64,000 nt of DNA, from NCBI GenBank assembly GCA_964019335.1, contig OZ025648.1, forward strand, positions 1,127,309-1,191,308. The letters are read 5' to 3'. Each line of letters begins with the position of its first letter. Position 1 is the stretch's first letter. Under the pieces are notes generated by a model that saw nothing but the letters and a program-made list of their open reading frames with translations, did not search any database and was not told the DNA's origin. Source of the DNA: Diplonema japonicum. Its lineage: Eukaryota; Protista; Euglenozoa: Diplonemea. A program made the position numbers and the translations under genes. Positions 23,201 through 34,000 of this stretch are shown here, in pieces.

Positions 23201-23291
23201 GCCGGTGGGGGTACCGGGGTCTTGGGACCCACACGCAGCCGGTGCACCACAGTTTTTGAACGGGGACCCCATCTGGTCGCCACATGTGTGA
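20232..23291 (+). CDS. His/Ser/Thr/Gln/Ala/Gly-rich intrinsically disordered repeat protein
   Basis: About 1020-codon uninterrupted frame filling the gap between two clear genes; almost no hydrophobic residues. Confidence 0.7.
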   Translation: MPNGAHLLAWAPAHHWHTAVKQHGHALRWFKPTGTGHHGHGVARSHAHTGHSAHTGHSYHNHGSSGDSGTEHASSTETGTSGDAHRSTQGHPTNTHSSQSHEQSTHHTAGQNNQTFSASANKESHGSSHPEGPTGKASTTATATSSGHPVHNTSQTSSHSRSTGPAGAKEATMKHTTGVSEGASHGPRAGNAEQHSTAGPAKHDMSNSSAVPGETSGAQASAHSAAGNNGTGKAHHVHSTHERSSTASRTFHHTTEGQAEVGHETTMHSNTSGRAGHPEASSTAESSSSAGAAGHGNLPDTAGSHAAQSAHSSGRAHTSHATDPSAANIHKTTTAETASSTSHAPQSGSQPSSHTNHSSRQPNTSSATGMSAHTAKADISQASSNQTSNSQTAHTTNQAGQATSHVDQAASTHSQANVSQQTHTSQATSQTAHTSNQTSQAATGTSVGSHANSNQFPSTRSSTQADSHANSGGQATSHASHTGMHANTQADSGQATNTSSHASQETHSTGEAGSSRTTYGSQAHGQSHAHTDVKHASQTSQDPLGRSRSSQAHSTHATGDHAASQEMGTRTSASSSHNGHAGETNSKASHVGSSGHVPGAASQGSHAQSGQSTHTSHTETGGTSQQANHGHSDATTGTHAQSGYSSSHPEAAKTAQPASQGPQAQSGQSTHTSHTETGRTTQQANHGYASGSHAQSGQSNSNTEAATTAQPASQSSQAQGNPQPASQGPQAQSGQSTHTSHTTGGTTQQANHGHGNATTGTHAQPASQGSQAQSGQSTHTSGSHAQSGQGGSHTEAAKTAQPASQGPHDQSGQSTHTSHTETGGTTQQANHGYASGSHAQGQGTHTEPGKATQANHGSQAQSAQSTHPSNTEGARASDTAHKTAGASGHAKGHNQSDSQHTGQTNTARHEQRSTPSANTSTHSGANSGPGNAAGAKPKRKLRMGKIHTKNGGSYLPTGTKATYQGPPVMASAVPMSSITAGHGNMPAVTVPVGVPGSWDPHAAGAPQFLNGDPIWSPHV
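22030..22835 (+). repeat. Degenerate modular coding repeats (QPASQGxQAQSGQSTHTSHTETGGTTQQANHG)
   Basis: The block GCCAGCCAAGGTxCACAxGCCCAATCGGGxCAAAGCACACATAC recurs about five times. Edges approximate. Confidence 0.85.
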
Positions 23292-23385
23292 CCTTTTCTT
23301 AATTTACACGGTAACATTGTTGTTCTGCTGTTTCGCATGTGTTAAACCATTGGCACAGAAAACACACTTATTTTAAAACAGAAAA

Positions 23386-23835
23386 ATGGCCGCCCTCACC
23401 GACGAGCAGATCAAGGAGGCGTTCAACCTCTTCGATGCGGATGGCTCAGGTGCCATTGATGCCGAGGAGATGGCACTGGCGATGAAGGGTCTCGGGTTCG
23501 GGGACCAGCCCAGGGAGGAGATCGAGAAGATGATCCGCTCCATCGACACCGACGCCAACGGGCTGATCGAGTACCCCGAGTTCGAGAAGATGATGAAGGC
23601 AAAGATGGCCCAGAAGGACTCCCCGGAGGAGATCTTCAAGGCCTTCCAGCTCTTTGACATGGACAAGACAGGCAAGATCTCCTTCGCCAACCTGAAGGAG
23701 GTCGCCAAACTCCTCGGCGAGAACCCCGGTGACGACGTTCTGCAGGAGATGATCGCCGAGGCCGACGAGGACCGTGACGGTGAGATCTCCTTCGAGGAGT
23801 TCAAGAACGTCATGATCCAGATGAAGGGGAAATAG
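23386..23835 (+). CDS. Centrin (kinetoplastid centrin-4 / LdCen1 type)
   Basis: [65 protein letters not shown]; four EF-hands. From memory, very similar to the 149-aa Leishmania/Trypanosoma centrin. Confidence 0.95.
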   Translation: MAALTDEQIKEAFNLFDADGSGAIDAEEMALAMKGLGFGDQPREEIEKMIRSIDTDANGLIEYPEFEKMMKAKMAQKDSPEEIFKAFQLFDMDKTGKISFANLKEVAKLLGENPGDDVLQEMIAEADEDRDGEISFEEFKNVMIQMKGK

Positions 23836-24181
23836 GTTGAATAGCCGAAAAAACAAATAGAAAACGAAAAAGAAAAAAGAAGAAGAAAAAGTGTTGTATT
23901 CACCCTTCCCACCCCCACCCTCTTCCACCACTTCCCAATGCGATCCAATTGAATTTCTTTAAATAAATTCAGAAAGTGAGAAGAGAAAAAAGAAAAAAGG
24001 AGTTTTATCTTGATCATGCCCACCTTTCATAGCGGTCGTTTGTACAACTTTTGCAGCCACTACGATAATTTGGTTTTTTTTTGTCCCCCCCCACCCGTTG
24101 CTGTTTTCTTGTTTTCATCATTCGGCTTAATAATAACACACCCAGGTACTCCGCCCTTCAGAGGAAGGGGACAGGGCGAGC

Positions 24182-25606
24182 ATGGCGAGTCCATCGTGGA
24201 GGGTCATCTTCCTGACGTTTGTATGCGTGTTGGGGTTGGAAGAAGAGGAGATTCGGCCGTACCCTGAGAACTCATGGGGCTCTCGACACAGGCAGTACAG
24301 GCCACTGTCGAATGAGCCCGCGTACGAGGTGGCTGACGTGGCGAAGAAGGACGAGGGGTGGCCCGAAGTTGATGGCGAGCGAATCCAGGGCAGCAGCAAC
24401 GAGGAGTACAACCGGATGACGATCAAAGGGAACATTGGGGAATACAGAAAGAACGGGATAGGCTATCTTGTGAAGGACCCGTACGAGACACTGTCGGTGT
24501 TGCCCCCGAAAGAGGGGTGTGGCAATGGGGGATTTACACCCAAAGAAACGTCTGCAGGCCGGTGTTTAGTGGCCACCAACGCGGGGTACTTCAACACGAA
24601 GACGTCGCAGTGCCACGGGACGGTGGTGTCAGATGGCAAGGACGTCTACCAGAGCGACGAGAGCAACGTGTCGTTTGGCATCACAAAATTGGGAAAAATC
24701 GTGGTGGGGTACCTCAGCGAGAAGGAGAAGGTGCAGATGGGCTTCAAGCAGCTTGTGAACGGTGTAATCTGGCTGGTGCGCAACGGCACTAATTACATCG
24801 ACAAGTCAATAAAACAAGAGTCCCTTGACACACAGGAGTCAGGTTGCAAGGGGCCGTACGACTGCGCCTTCCGAACCATGCAGGCCGCCAGGCTGTCCAT
24901 AGGGCACGACAGCGAAGGACGTGTTATCGTGCTGGCCATGGACGGGTGGGGCATGTACAACACCCACACCTACCACCCGCACAAGGGACAGTCGTTGGAT
25001 GAGATGGCAGACATGATGATCTCACTGGGTGCCGTCAACGCCATCAACCTAGACGGTGGCGGGTCGGTGGGGGTGTACGAACGCGGTGTGCAGGTGAACT
25101 CACCCACCGATGTCTGCAGCAAGGAGAACGGCGGCTACAACATCACGACAATCTTGCCGCAGGCGTGCGTCAGGAGGGTGAGCACCATCCTATGCATACA
25201 CAAACGGGAATACAAAGAGTTCGGGACATGCAGCCAATCGAATGTGGGTGTCTACTTATTGACAATTCTGTGTGTGGTGGGTGTCATCAACATTGGCGTC
25301 TTTGTTATGCGGTGCAAGGTGTACTCGGGACGCGGGCAGCCAACATCGCCTCTGGCCAACACAGGGGCAAAGCTCCCGACGTATAAACGGTCGCCTCTAG
25401 CGGTGAAGAAACTTCGCAAGAAGAGAGGCGCCAAGCAGCACCAAGGGGTTGTGGACTTGGAGCTCACGTCCCTCCCCGCCACCGGCTATGACAACGATTC
25501 TGAAGCAGAGCCGAGTATTGCAGTCCAGCACCATGTGGACGGTGAGGATTCCGCCGATCACAGCCCCTCAAGGACACTTGCTGCTTCGCCCAACCTGCTC
25601 ATATAG
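24182..25606 (+). CDS. NAGPA: NAGPA / uncovering-enzyme-like phosphodiester glycosidase, type I membrane protein
   Basis: Signal peptide; CLVATNAGYFN..CHGTVVSDG, FGITKLG, QLVNGVIWLVRNG, AARLSIGHD, GAVNAINLDGGGS, CVRRVSTILCIH; TM segment VGVYLLTILCVVGVINIGVFVM. Confidence 0.88.
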   Translation: MASPSWRVIFLTFVCVLGLEEEEIRPYPENSWGSRHRQYRPLSNEPAYEVADVAKKDEGWPEVDGERIQGSSNEEYNRMTIKGNIGEYRKNGIGYLVKDPYETLSVLPPKEGCGNGGFTPKETSAGRCLVATNAGYFNTKTSQCHGTVVSDGKDVYQSDESNVSFGITKLGKIVVGYLSEKEKVQMGFKQLVNGVIWLVRNGTNYIDKSIKQESLDTQESGCKGPYDCAFRTMQAARLSIGHDSEGRVIVLAMDGWGMYNTHTYHPHKGQSLDEMADMMISLGAVNAINLDGGGSVGVYERGVQVNSPTDVCSKENGGYNITTILPQACVRRVSTILCIHKREYKEFGTCSQSNVGVYLLTILCVVGVINIGVFVMRCKVYSGRGQPTSPLANTGAKLPTYKRSPLAVKKLRKKRGAKQHQGVVDLELTSLPATGYDNDSEAEPSIAVQHHVDGEDSADHSPSRTLAASPNLLI

Positions 25607-26101
25607 CACGCTAGAGAAAAATAGATACGTGGGGGAGTTAGTGTTTTTTCTTTTTTTTTCTTCTTCTTTTCTTCTTTTTCTCGTCTGTCGTGCTTTTATT
25701 GTTTCGCCTGTGTTTTCAACTTTCCCGTTTTTATTTTTTTAAAGTCACCCCTAGACCTCCTGCTATCTTCCCTTACTGCGTTTTTATTACTTTTTTTTTT
25801 TGCTGGAACAAGTAAACAAACTATGAAAATAATTGTTATTGCAAAAAAAAGAGTAGAGGCAACTTGTCCGTTTACCTACTGTTGGTGAAAACGGATTGCA
25901 CAAACAATCAGCCGACTCTTTTGATTTGACTCCTTTTTGATCTCATTTTGTAATTTCTTTTTGTTGCGAAGAGGCTTTCAGCAGGCCGATCTCCGCATCA
26001 AGGAAAGGCAGCGAGAAACCGCGACAGACTACTGCAAAGCAATGGGACCTCACACCAGAGGTTGTCCTCAAGTTGGATTGACCTTGAGATTTCTTTTTTT
26101 T

Positions 26102-26145
26102 GGCGTCCTGCCACATACCGCAGGTACCCTTAAATGTCTCTTTTT
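26102..26145 (+). repeat. Dispersed intergenic motif, copy 4 (fullest)
   Basis: GGCGTCCTGCCACATACCGCAGGTACCCTTAAATGTCTCTTTTT. Confidence 0.75.
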
Positions 26146-27094
26146 TTTTCTTCTTCTTTTTTTTTTCCCACGCGCAGTCTCCCCTGAAAGAAAGAAAAAG
26201 TAAAGTAATCTAATGTCCTTTTTCTCTTTCTTGTGGACATCAAAGAGAGAAAGCCAACGAACACCTGTGGCTGTCGTAATGATCCTTAGAGTAAAAGGTA
26301 CCACGAGCCTACGAAGGTGAACAGCCGAGGAGGGGGGAAAGGGTATTTACAGTCAGTCTTTGTGTGCCATACAGAAAAAACAACAAAAGAAAAAACAAAA
26401 CAAAAATTATTTAAAATAAAGGAGAATGAAATAGAACGAGAAGTGAACCCTTTTGGTTTTCCCACCACAATTTTTTTTTTTTTTTATATTATTCCCCAAG
26501 AACGGGTTCGACAGGCCAGTCCTTTCCAGAGCGTAACATGCTCAGCAGCAAAGGCTTGCGGAACAGGTGCCACTATCGTTGTTCTCTGTTAAGGCCACGA
26601 CCACCGCCGTTGGCACCCGCCAGAGCCCTCAGAACGGGGACAGCGGGACTACACTAGCGTTGGCTACGTGTTTACGGGGTCAACTTCATTTCTACCCTTT
26701 TTTTTTTTTTTTTTTTTGCATTTGGATATCCTTTTTGTACAATGCAAAGAATGCGCACAAAGCTGAAGGAAGAAAGAACTCGAAGGGGGTGGGGTGGGTA
26801 CAATTCATTTTTATTTTTTATTTTCAATTTACTTATTTCTTTCTCATTACCCCCCCTCTTTTCCCGTATCTTAATCATCTCACTACATAATACACACGCA
26901 TCCAGCGCCGTCAGCCCAGACCGGAAGCATACCAGCTCAGACCACCCACGCACTTATCCCCTATCGGTAATTCTAATGCTCTGTCTGTGGGGGTTCAAAA
27001 AAACCCGTTGATGTAAACTCAATGTTAAAAAAAAAGAAATGTCATAACAAAGGAAAGAACAAAGGGAGGGATAACACCCCTTTCATCTAAAGAA

Positions 27095-28407
27095 ATGTCA
27101 GGAAAACGACCTGTATTGGAGCCGAAGAGCATTTTCGACCTGCCCGAGCTGGTGAGTGCATTGGGTGAGGTAGGCAAGGTAATGCCCCTTTACCCTTTCT
27201 TGTATCCCCCCCGTTTAATCCACCGCAGAACGCTGACCACGCGAGGACCATTCAGAAGCATGCCTTGAAGAACAGGGGAGAGTCCTGGAGCGCTGTGTGC
27301 AAAGGGCAGGACCTGCCGAAGGTGGTGATGCAGATGCTTGATGGTGACTTTGTGAGGTGCACGTCAACCATAATCGAGCGGCGGGAGTCGAAGGACGGGA
27401 CAGTGAAGCTGATCATCCAGTTGCAGGACGGGATGGAAGTCGAGACTGTCATCATTCCGATGTCACCCGGCTACAGCACCGTGTGCCTCTCGAGTCAGGT
27501 AGGGTGTGCAATGGGGTGCACCTTCTGTGCCACAGGAATGATGGGCCTGAAGGGCAACCTCACAGCCGGTGAGATTGTAGAGCAGCTCGTCCACGCCAGA
27601 GACGCTGCTGGCACCAACAATACCATCAGGAACGTTGTCTTCATGGGCATGGGTGAACCCCTGCACAACTATGACAATGTTCTCACGGCGGCACGCACCT
27701 TTATCGACCAAAAGACCTTCAGCCTCCCCTCCTCTGGCGTCACCATATCCACTGTGGGCGTTGTGTCCAGCATCAAAAAGCTCGCCCGTGATGCCCCCTG
27801 GGCCCGCCTCGCCTTCTCCCTTCACTCACCAGAGCAGGAAACACGGAAGGTGATCGTTCCCTCTGCCAACAAGTTCTCCCTCGACAACATCATCGAGGCG
27901 ATCGAGTACTTCACGGAGAAAAGCAAAAGTAAGGTCATGATAGAATTTACGGTCCTCAAAGGCACCAACGACACCCCAGAGACGGCACAGAAGGTGGGGA
28001 AGCTCTTGCGCGGCAAGCATGTGCAGGTGAATCTGATCCCCTACAACCCTACGTGCGTGAAAGAAGAATTCCAAGTGCCGTCTGAGGAGGCAGTGGAGAC
28101 TATGTGGCAGATACTCGTGAAGCAATTCGACCTGAAATGTACTATCAGGCAGCAGCACGGAGTTGATATCGGTGGGGCTTGTGGACAGTTGGCACTGAAG
28201 CGTGATGGCGGGAAGGTGCTGGCCGACATGGAAGGCATCTACCAACCACCTGTGAAGCATTATCCGAATGCCCCAAGGGGGGGAAAGAGCAAGCAGGAAA
28301 AACTGAAAAAGAAAGTTGTCAGCAGCCAGCATTGGATACCCATTGCCGTGTGTGTGCTGGTGTTCATGTTGTCAATGCTCGCGCAGTACTACAGCATGGA
28401 TAAATGA
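27095..28407 (+). CDS. RlmN-like radical SAM RNA methyltransferase with C-terminal TM segment; intron 27179-27228
   Basis: VETV, CLSSQVGCAMGCTFC, VFMGMGEP, LAFSLHSP, VNLIPYNP, DIGGACGQL. Exon 1 (MSGKRPVLEPKSIFD..VGK) joins in frame across the 50-nt intron GTAATG...CCGCAG. Confidence 0.9.
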
Positions 28408-28594
28408 AACCGGCTTACTTCCCATTTTCTAACCGCGGGACGTCTGGCACTGTCGTCATCCATTCTGGCACTGTCCTCATGGCGCAGGTATTCTTCCGTC
28501 TTCTTTGCATGGCCTGCGACATATCTTATTTATCAAAACATCACTTTGTTTGATATTGCTGCAGTTAAAACACAACAGATTTTATCATGGGGCG

Positions 28595-30919
28595 ATGGAT
28601 GGCGGCAGCCAGACAGTATGGGCCAGGGGGAAGGCGAGGGCACAGGAAAATCGAAAGAATGGAGCTGAACAGGTAAGGGAAGCAGTTGAGTTCATGCAGC
28701 GCAAGGGAGTAGAAGTGAAAGAGGACGAAGCCGTCGGAGCAGTTGTGAATGGCGTTGTGGAACTGGAGAAGCTATTGGCCTCCAATGGGCACAACGCACT
28801 GCAGAATATAGAACACACGCGGATGGCCAGTTGTGAGATACAACAAGAGCTAAAGGGATACAAGCAGTACATGGATGATTCCATCAGAAATGCCATGAAG
28901 CCCAGAAGGACTTTGAACACTGTCGCAGGCGCAGTGATTGCGGGGATGCGTATGCGCGGCAAGTCAAGCTTCCTCGACGCTGTGAAAGACGAGACCGTGA
29001 ACAAGTGGCTGGGCATGACCCTCCAAATACCGACGAGTCCCGCAACAAATAGAGAAGTACCCTCGCCCATTATGAATTCCATTTCTTTCAGTGATGCAGT
29101 TCCCGAACCGCTCGGGGACAAGGGCCCCAGCAGCTTTCTGAGTACCCTTTGCAGTAGACGAACTGAGAATGAAAGTCCTTGTGCCACTGAAGAGCAAAGA
29201 GCAGAGTACGTCAAAGTACAGCCCCCCGACATATTGAGAATGCAACATGAAGTATCAGAGTGGAGCTTTGAGGCCAAAAGTGAACTATCGTTGTCCCGCA
29301 TTGCGGTGGCCATCATGTCGAACTATAGCCTCGTTCACACTCTCTCCATCACACCACAGGTGGTGGCTGCTCTTTTCGCAGACATCGGGAAAGGCTACCA
29401 AGGCGTAGTGTACCACAACGAAGAACACGCATGTGATGTTCTACAAACTACACACAGTCTAGTATACTCTACGGGCCTTGTGTGGTTCCTTACTGACATA
29501 GAGATCCTGTCCTTACTAGTTAGTGCTGCTGGCCACGACTACGGCCACCCAGGGCTTGACAATCACGCTTTTGCAAACCTACAGCCGGAAGTTTGCCAGG
29601 TGTGCTTTCATGTTTACGTGAATAGTTCACTCAGCTCTTCGGGGGTGCTTCGATCCTGGAGAAGGCACACATTGCCGGTATCCAACCAATCATCGAGAGC
29701 AGACTGGGTTTTCTAGGGCCAGCCATCTTGGATCAGGTGTGGCAAAATCAAATAAACGTTAAAAGCAACACACCAGATCAAATCTAAGATCAGCACTTTC
29801 ATATTAGCGACAGATATCACGAAACAAGTGAAAATGTTGAGGAGCTTCCATGCAGATCCCACAAAGGATACGCTGCTCTGCTTGGTGCTGCATGCTGCTG
29901 ACGTGTCTGGTCCGGTAAAACCCAGGGCGGCATACCTCGCCTCGGCGTCAAGGGTCATAACGGAGTTCTGGCTACAAGGTGACCTGCAGCGAGAGATGAA
30001 CATCCCTATCTCGCCTATGTGCGATAAAGAGAATGTCAAGCTCAAGCAGCTCCAGTTGGGCTTCATAGGCGTCATAGTAAAGCCCTTGTTCCTAACACTC
30101 AATAAGTGGTTGGGTTTGTCAGTTCAGCTTGACTACTTGGAAAGTAATGTAGCATTCTGGTCACAAGCGAACCACTCGGCAGAAACAGATAAGGTGCTGA
30201 AGGATATTCAAAGCGCTATGGTCATCTGGCATAAGAACAACGGAGTGATGAGCTTCTACGCGGACACAAGGACAATGTTGAAAAAGATCTTGCTAGCGAT
30301 TTTGATGAATGGCGAGACGGTGCCGAGCAATGAGAAAGCCCCGCTGATTGTGGCGGCCCCAACAACAACGAAGCCTGACTCGTACAGGTACCCAGGCGTT
30401 GCAACGAAAAAACACCAACCAATGTTTGCGGTGGTCAAGGTGGAGAAAGAGCACATGCCATTGACCAGCTACCCGCTGTCCGTTGCTTGTCCGCTTGTGC
30501 TGGAGGATAACCTACGGAGCCCGATGCCGTCTCGCAAGCTAGTACCCGTACAGCAGAAGTTCAGGTTGAAAGAAGTCCACAAAAGTGTCGTCCAGTCGCC
30601 CATTGCCATTGCAGAGATGGAACGTGTGTTGCATGAAGCCATCTCCCGCACCCTCCAACTGCTAGATGCCAAGGCCACATCGACAGAGCTGTACACCAGC
30701 TTCACTAAGGTGCTAAGTAAATCAGCATCCATCAACACGTCGCACAACCATGTCTTAAGCACTACTTGGAACGCAACATGTGACAAGTGGCAGCTAAGCA
30801 AGAAGCAAGGAAAGAAACTGCGCAATGTGTGGGATAAGTGGCTTCGAGAGAAAGACGCACCAAGGCTTCCCGCTCTGCAGGGCTTGGCTCCCCAGCCGAT
30901 AGTAGTACAGAGATTCTAA
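28595..30919 (+). CDS. Class I 3',5'-cyclic nucleotide phosphodiesterase; introns 29600-29634 and 29737-29776
   Basis: YHNEEHACDV, HDYGHPG; the spliced middle exon gives SILEKAH; then ILATDI, HAADVSGPVKP, EFWLQGD, QLGFI. The 35- and 40-nt GTGTG...CAG introns restore frame. Confidence 0.9.
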
Positions 30920-31059
30920 CTCCTGTAACACAAAGAATGTTTGTTCAACTGCAGACGACCCATATTACCTCACTCCTTTTTTACAAGGGGATGCGAGATA
31001 TGCTGCTATTTTTTACCGCACTTTATACAGCACCATATTTATACAGGGTATTGCCCAAG

Positions 31060-34000
31060 ATGTTGGGCACGACAGTGTACTACCGAGATCAAGTGAAGGG
31101 ATGGGTGGTGGGCAGGGTGGATGAAGTGATCGAGGGGGGCAGGCAGGTCATGTGTTGCGAGCCAGACGGCGTTGCAGTAAAGGTGAGAGGCGAAGACGTG
31201 GCTGTGGCGAGGACAGAGTCCTTAGGTGAGGTTCCCAACGAGCTAAGTTGTCTGAGTGCTTTGCACCCTGCGACATTCGTGCTAGCATTGAAGAAACGCT
31301 ACGAGAGTGGTGTTGTTGGCACGATGGTGGGCAGGAACGTGCTTCTTTACCTAACTCCCACGCACAATAGCACTTTAGAGAGCATTGTTGCTTCTGACTC
31401 AAAGAAAGCTGACTATTATAACCCCTCTACACTGTACCCACCAAACTACACCGAGCCCGACAACCAGCCCTTGCAGGATCAGGTCAACGAAGGGCTCTTT
31501 GAGCCGATTGGCTGGTGGACCCATGCGAAGAGCACTTACGAAACGTGCATGACAACAGGGCGGGGCACCTTGGTATGCCTTGGTGAGGGTGAGGGCCTTG
31601 CGTGGCTGCATAGGTTGTCTGCGTACAAGATCCGACGGCAAGAAGACACTGCTGCAGTGGCCGCCATCCGACTAGGCTCCACAACTGCAAACTTGCCGCC
31701 TCACGAAGACGAATTCCACGATGATTTGAACTATAACACAGGCTTTCCTGCACTGCAGTCGCCTTCGCAGCGAGCTGAACTGTGCCTTGCAAGGCAGGGG
31801 AACGGGCGGTGGTTAGAAAGAGACAAGGTGCCTGCGACAAGAGAGCATCTTCGGCTTACCACATTGCTTGCTGATGCTCATGCACTTCTCGAAACGTTCC
31901 TTGGTGCAGGAGGAGGTCGGAGAGGTACATCTCGCACCGACGCGGAGCTCGAAGCCCCGTATACCCATCCACCCGCTCCTCTCTACTGCAGGCATGTCAA
32001 GATGTCATATGACTCGGCAGGAGTGCTTCAAGGCTTCTTCTTAAAGGCTTATTGGACTTCGCGATCGGAAACAAAAGGTCCTCCTCATGCCTTCCGCCTT
32101 CTCGCCAACTCCAAAGGCCGCACCATGTACCTCGGCCCACACGACCATCCCACGTGGTACAGCCCCGTGCAGTTCGTGGCGTCTGGTGAGGCCTTCAAGG
32201 AGCTACAAACGTTGTTCACAAAGTTGTCTTTTAAGCCGCAAGACCTGGAAGCTATGTGGGGAGTTGTAGGAGCAGTGATGCTTATGAAACTTATTAAGTT
32301 TGAAGAAGTAGCTGGTAAGGCAGAAATGTTTACGGAGTGTCTGGATCAGGTAGCACAGTTGATAGCTGTCTCGCCGCAGGTGTTGCGATACACGTTGTGC
32401 CCTCCGAGGAAGTTGTCGAGGAAGGCAGCCGAGATGAAGCGGGATGCACTTTGTGACGCCTTGTACGAGGGTGTGGTGCAATGGATTATTGCAAACATGA
32501 ACATGCGCTCCAACGCCGCACACGTTGTAGACGCACCGTACATCGCATCTGTCATCAACATCCCAGGGATTGCGAAACCACCTCCTGGCAGCCTTGGGAC
32601 GCTTGGAGACCTCTGCCACAATATCAATGTCGACGCATTGTGGGGTCTCTATGACACTACTGTTTTCGACACCACCATGCAGACAGCCACTGCAGAAAAG
32701 TGTCCTTTAGACCCTCTTCTCGACCAGCTACGTGGACGTCCCGTACTTGAGAGACTGAACCCCCTTCTCCAAACATTGTCACATCTAGACATGAATGGGC
32801 CTTCAGGTGTATCGGAAGAGAAAGAATGTTCTCATGCCTCAGGTGAAAGTATAAAGTATGAGCTCATCGCTGTGCCGGCGCCTCCACTTAACGAGCTGTA
32901 CAAGAATGGAGTCCTCGGCACTGCAACAGGAGACTTCGTGGAAATGCTGCTGAAGCGATGCAAGAAAGGGTCTATGGCTGCCGAGGCCATATCTGTAATG
33001 TCTGAGCTGCTGACCGTCTCGAAGGCAGAGACGTTGTCCGCAAACTGGTTACTGTCCATCAACCCTGCCGACACACAGCCCTCGATAACCACTAATCTAC
33101 ACAGCAGGCCATTAACGCCCTTCAGTGGCATCCTCGTGGAGAATGGTTTGTATTCGTGCAGAATTGTGGAAACCGCCTTGCTGGGAAAGGTTGGATACCC
33201 AGTGTACCTCCCCTTGCAGTACTTCGCATCGTTATGCAAGCCTATCATCTACCCATCCCAGCTCAAAGCGATTGGGATCATGCGTTCTGTGAAGCTCATT
33301 GCGGAAACTGTCTTCAGTAGCAAGGGTATGGCTTGGGAGAAGATGATGGAACTGCCACCATTGCCAGTCACCCCTGCGCCCATGCATATAGGGCATACAA
33401 AGGTGTTACTGACCACGGCAGCAATGGGCCGCATTGAATCAATCAGGAGGTTTACTATGAATAAACTTGCTGTCTTAATCCAGACGTTTGCTAGGGCAAC
33501 ACTGCCTGTGAGAATATGGAAGATAAACCATAATGCGAGGACGATCCAAAAGTTTGGAAGGATTAGGATAAGCAGAGGCTTTGCTGCAGAGCTACTTGCA
33601 GTTCGGAGTATGAAGGTGATCGCTGCGGAGATGGTGTCGCTCGAGAGTAGGAGGAGAACATGGAGGTCTATCCATGGTGTAGCAACATCACGCTTGACGT
33701 ACGCCGCACTAAAGAATCTACTTGCGAGTCAGGCAAGAGACCAGGAATTGTTCGTTGAGAAAGCCCTCAAGGCACAGTATGAGTACGGGTTACAAGAGTC
33801 AGAAAAGCTCCAACACCAACTTCTTAAAGAAAGGGCACAGCTTCACCAAGCAATGCAGAAAACTGAGTGCCAGTCAGTCGTTTCTGATGAAAGCACACTG
33901 CGTCAGTTCTTGGTGTCGAACGAGATCACAGCACGGCAAGTCATTCGGCAGGCACTTATACCCCTCTCCTTTCAAGCATCTGAATGCACTGCCCGACTGG

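Noticed and set aside
26495-26525. GGGTTCGAC resembling a tRNA T-loop
   Set aside because: No complementary T-stem or cloverleaf.
28443-28480. 21-nt-period tandem duplication after the RlmN stop
   Set aside because: Simple local slippage, no further copies seen.
31573-31613. GTATG...TAG at the degenerate myosin P-loop as an intron
   Set aside because: 41 nt, so removal breaks an otherwise open frame; G-rich unlike the true introns; the encoded residues align with the myosin P-loop strand.
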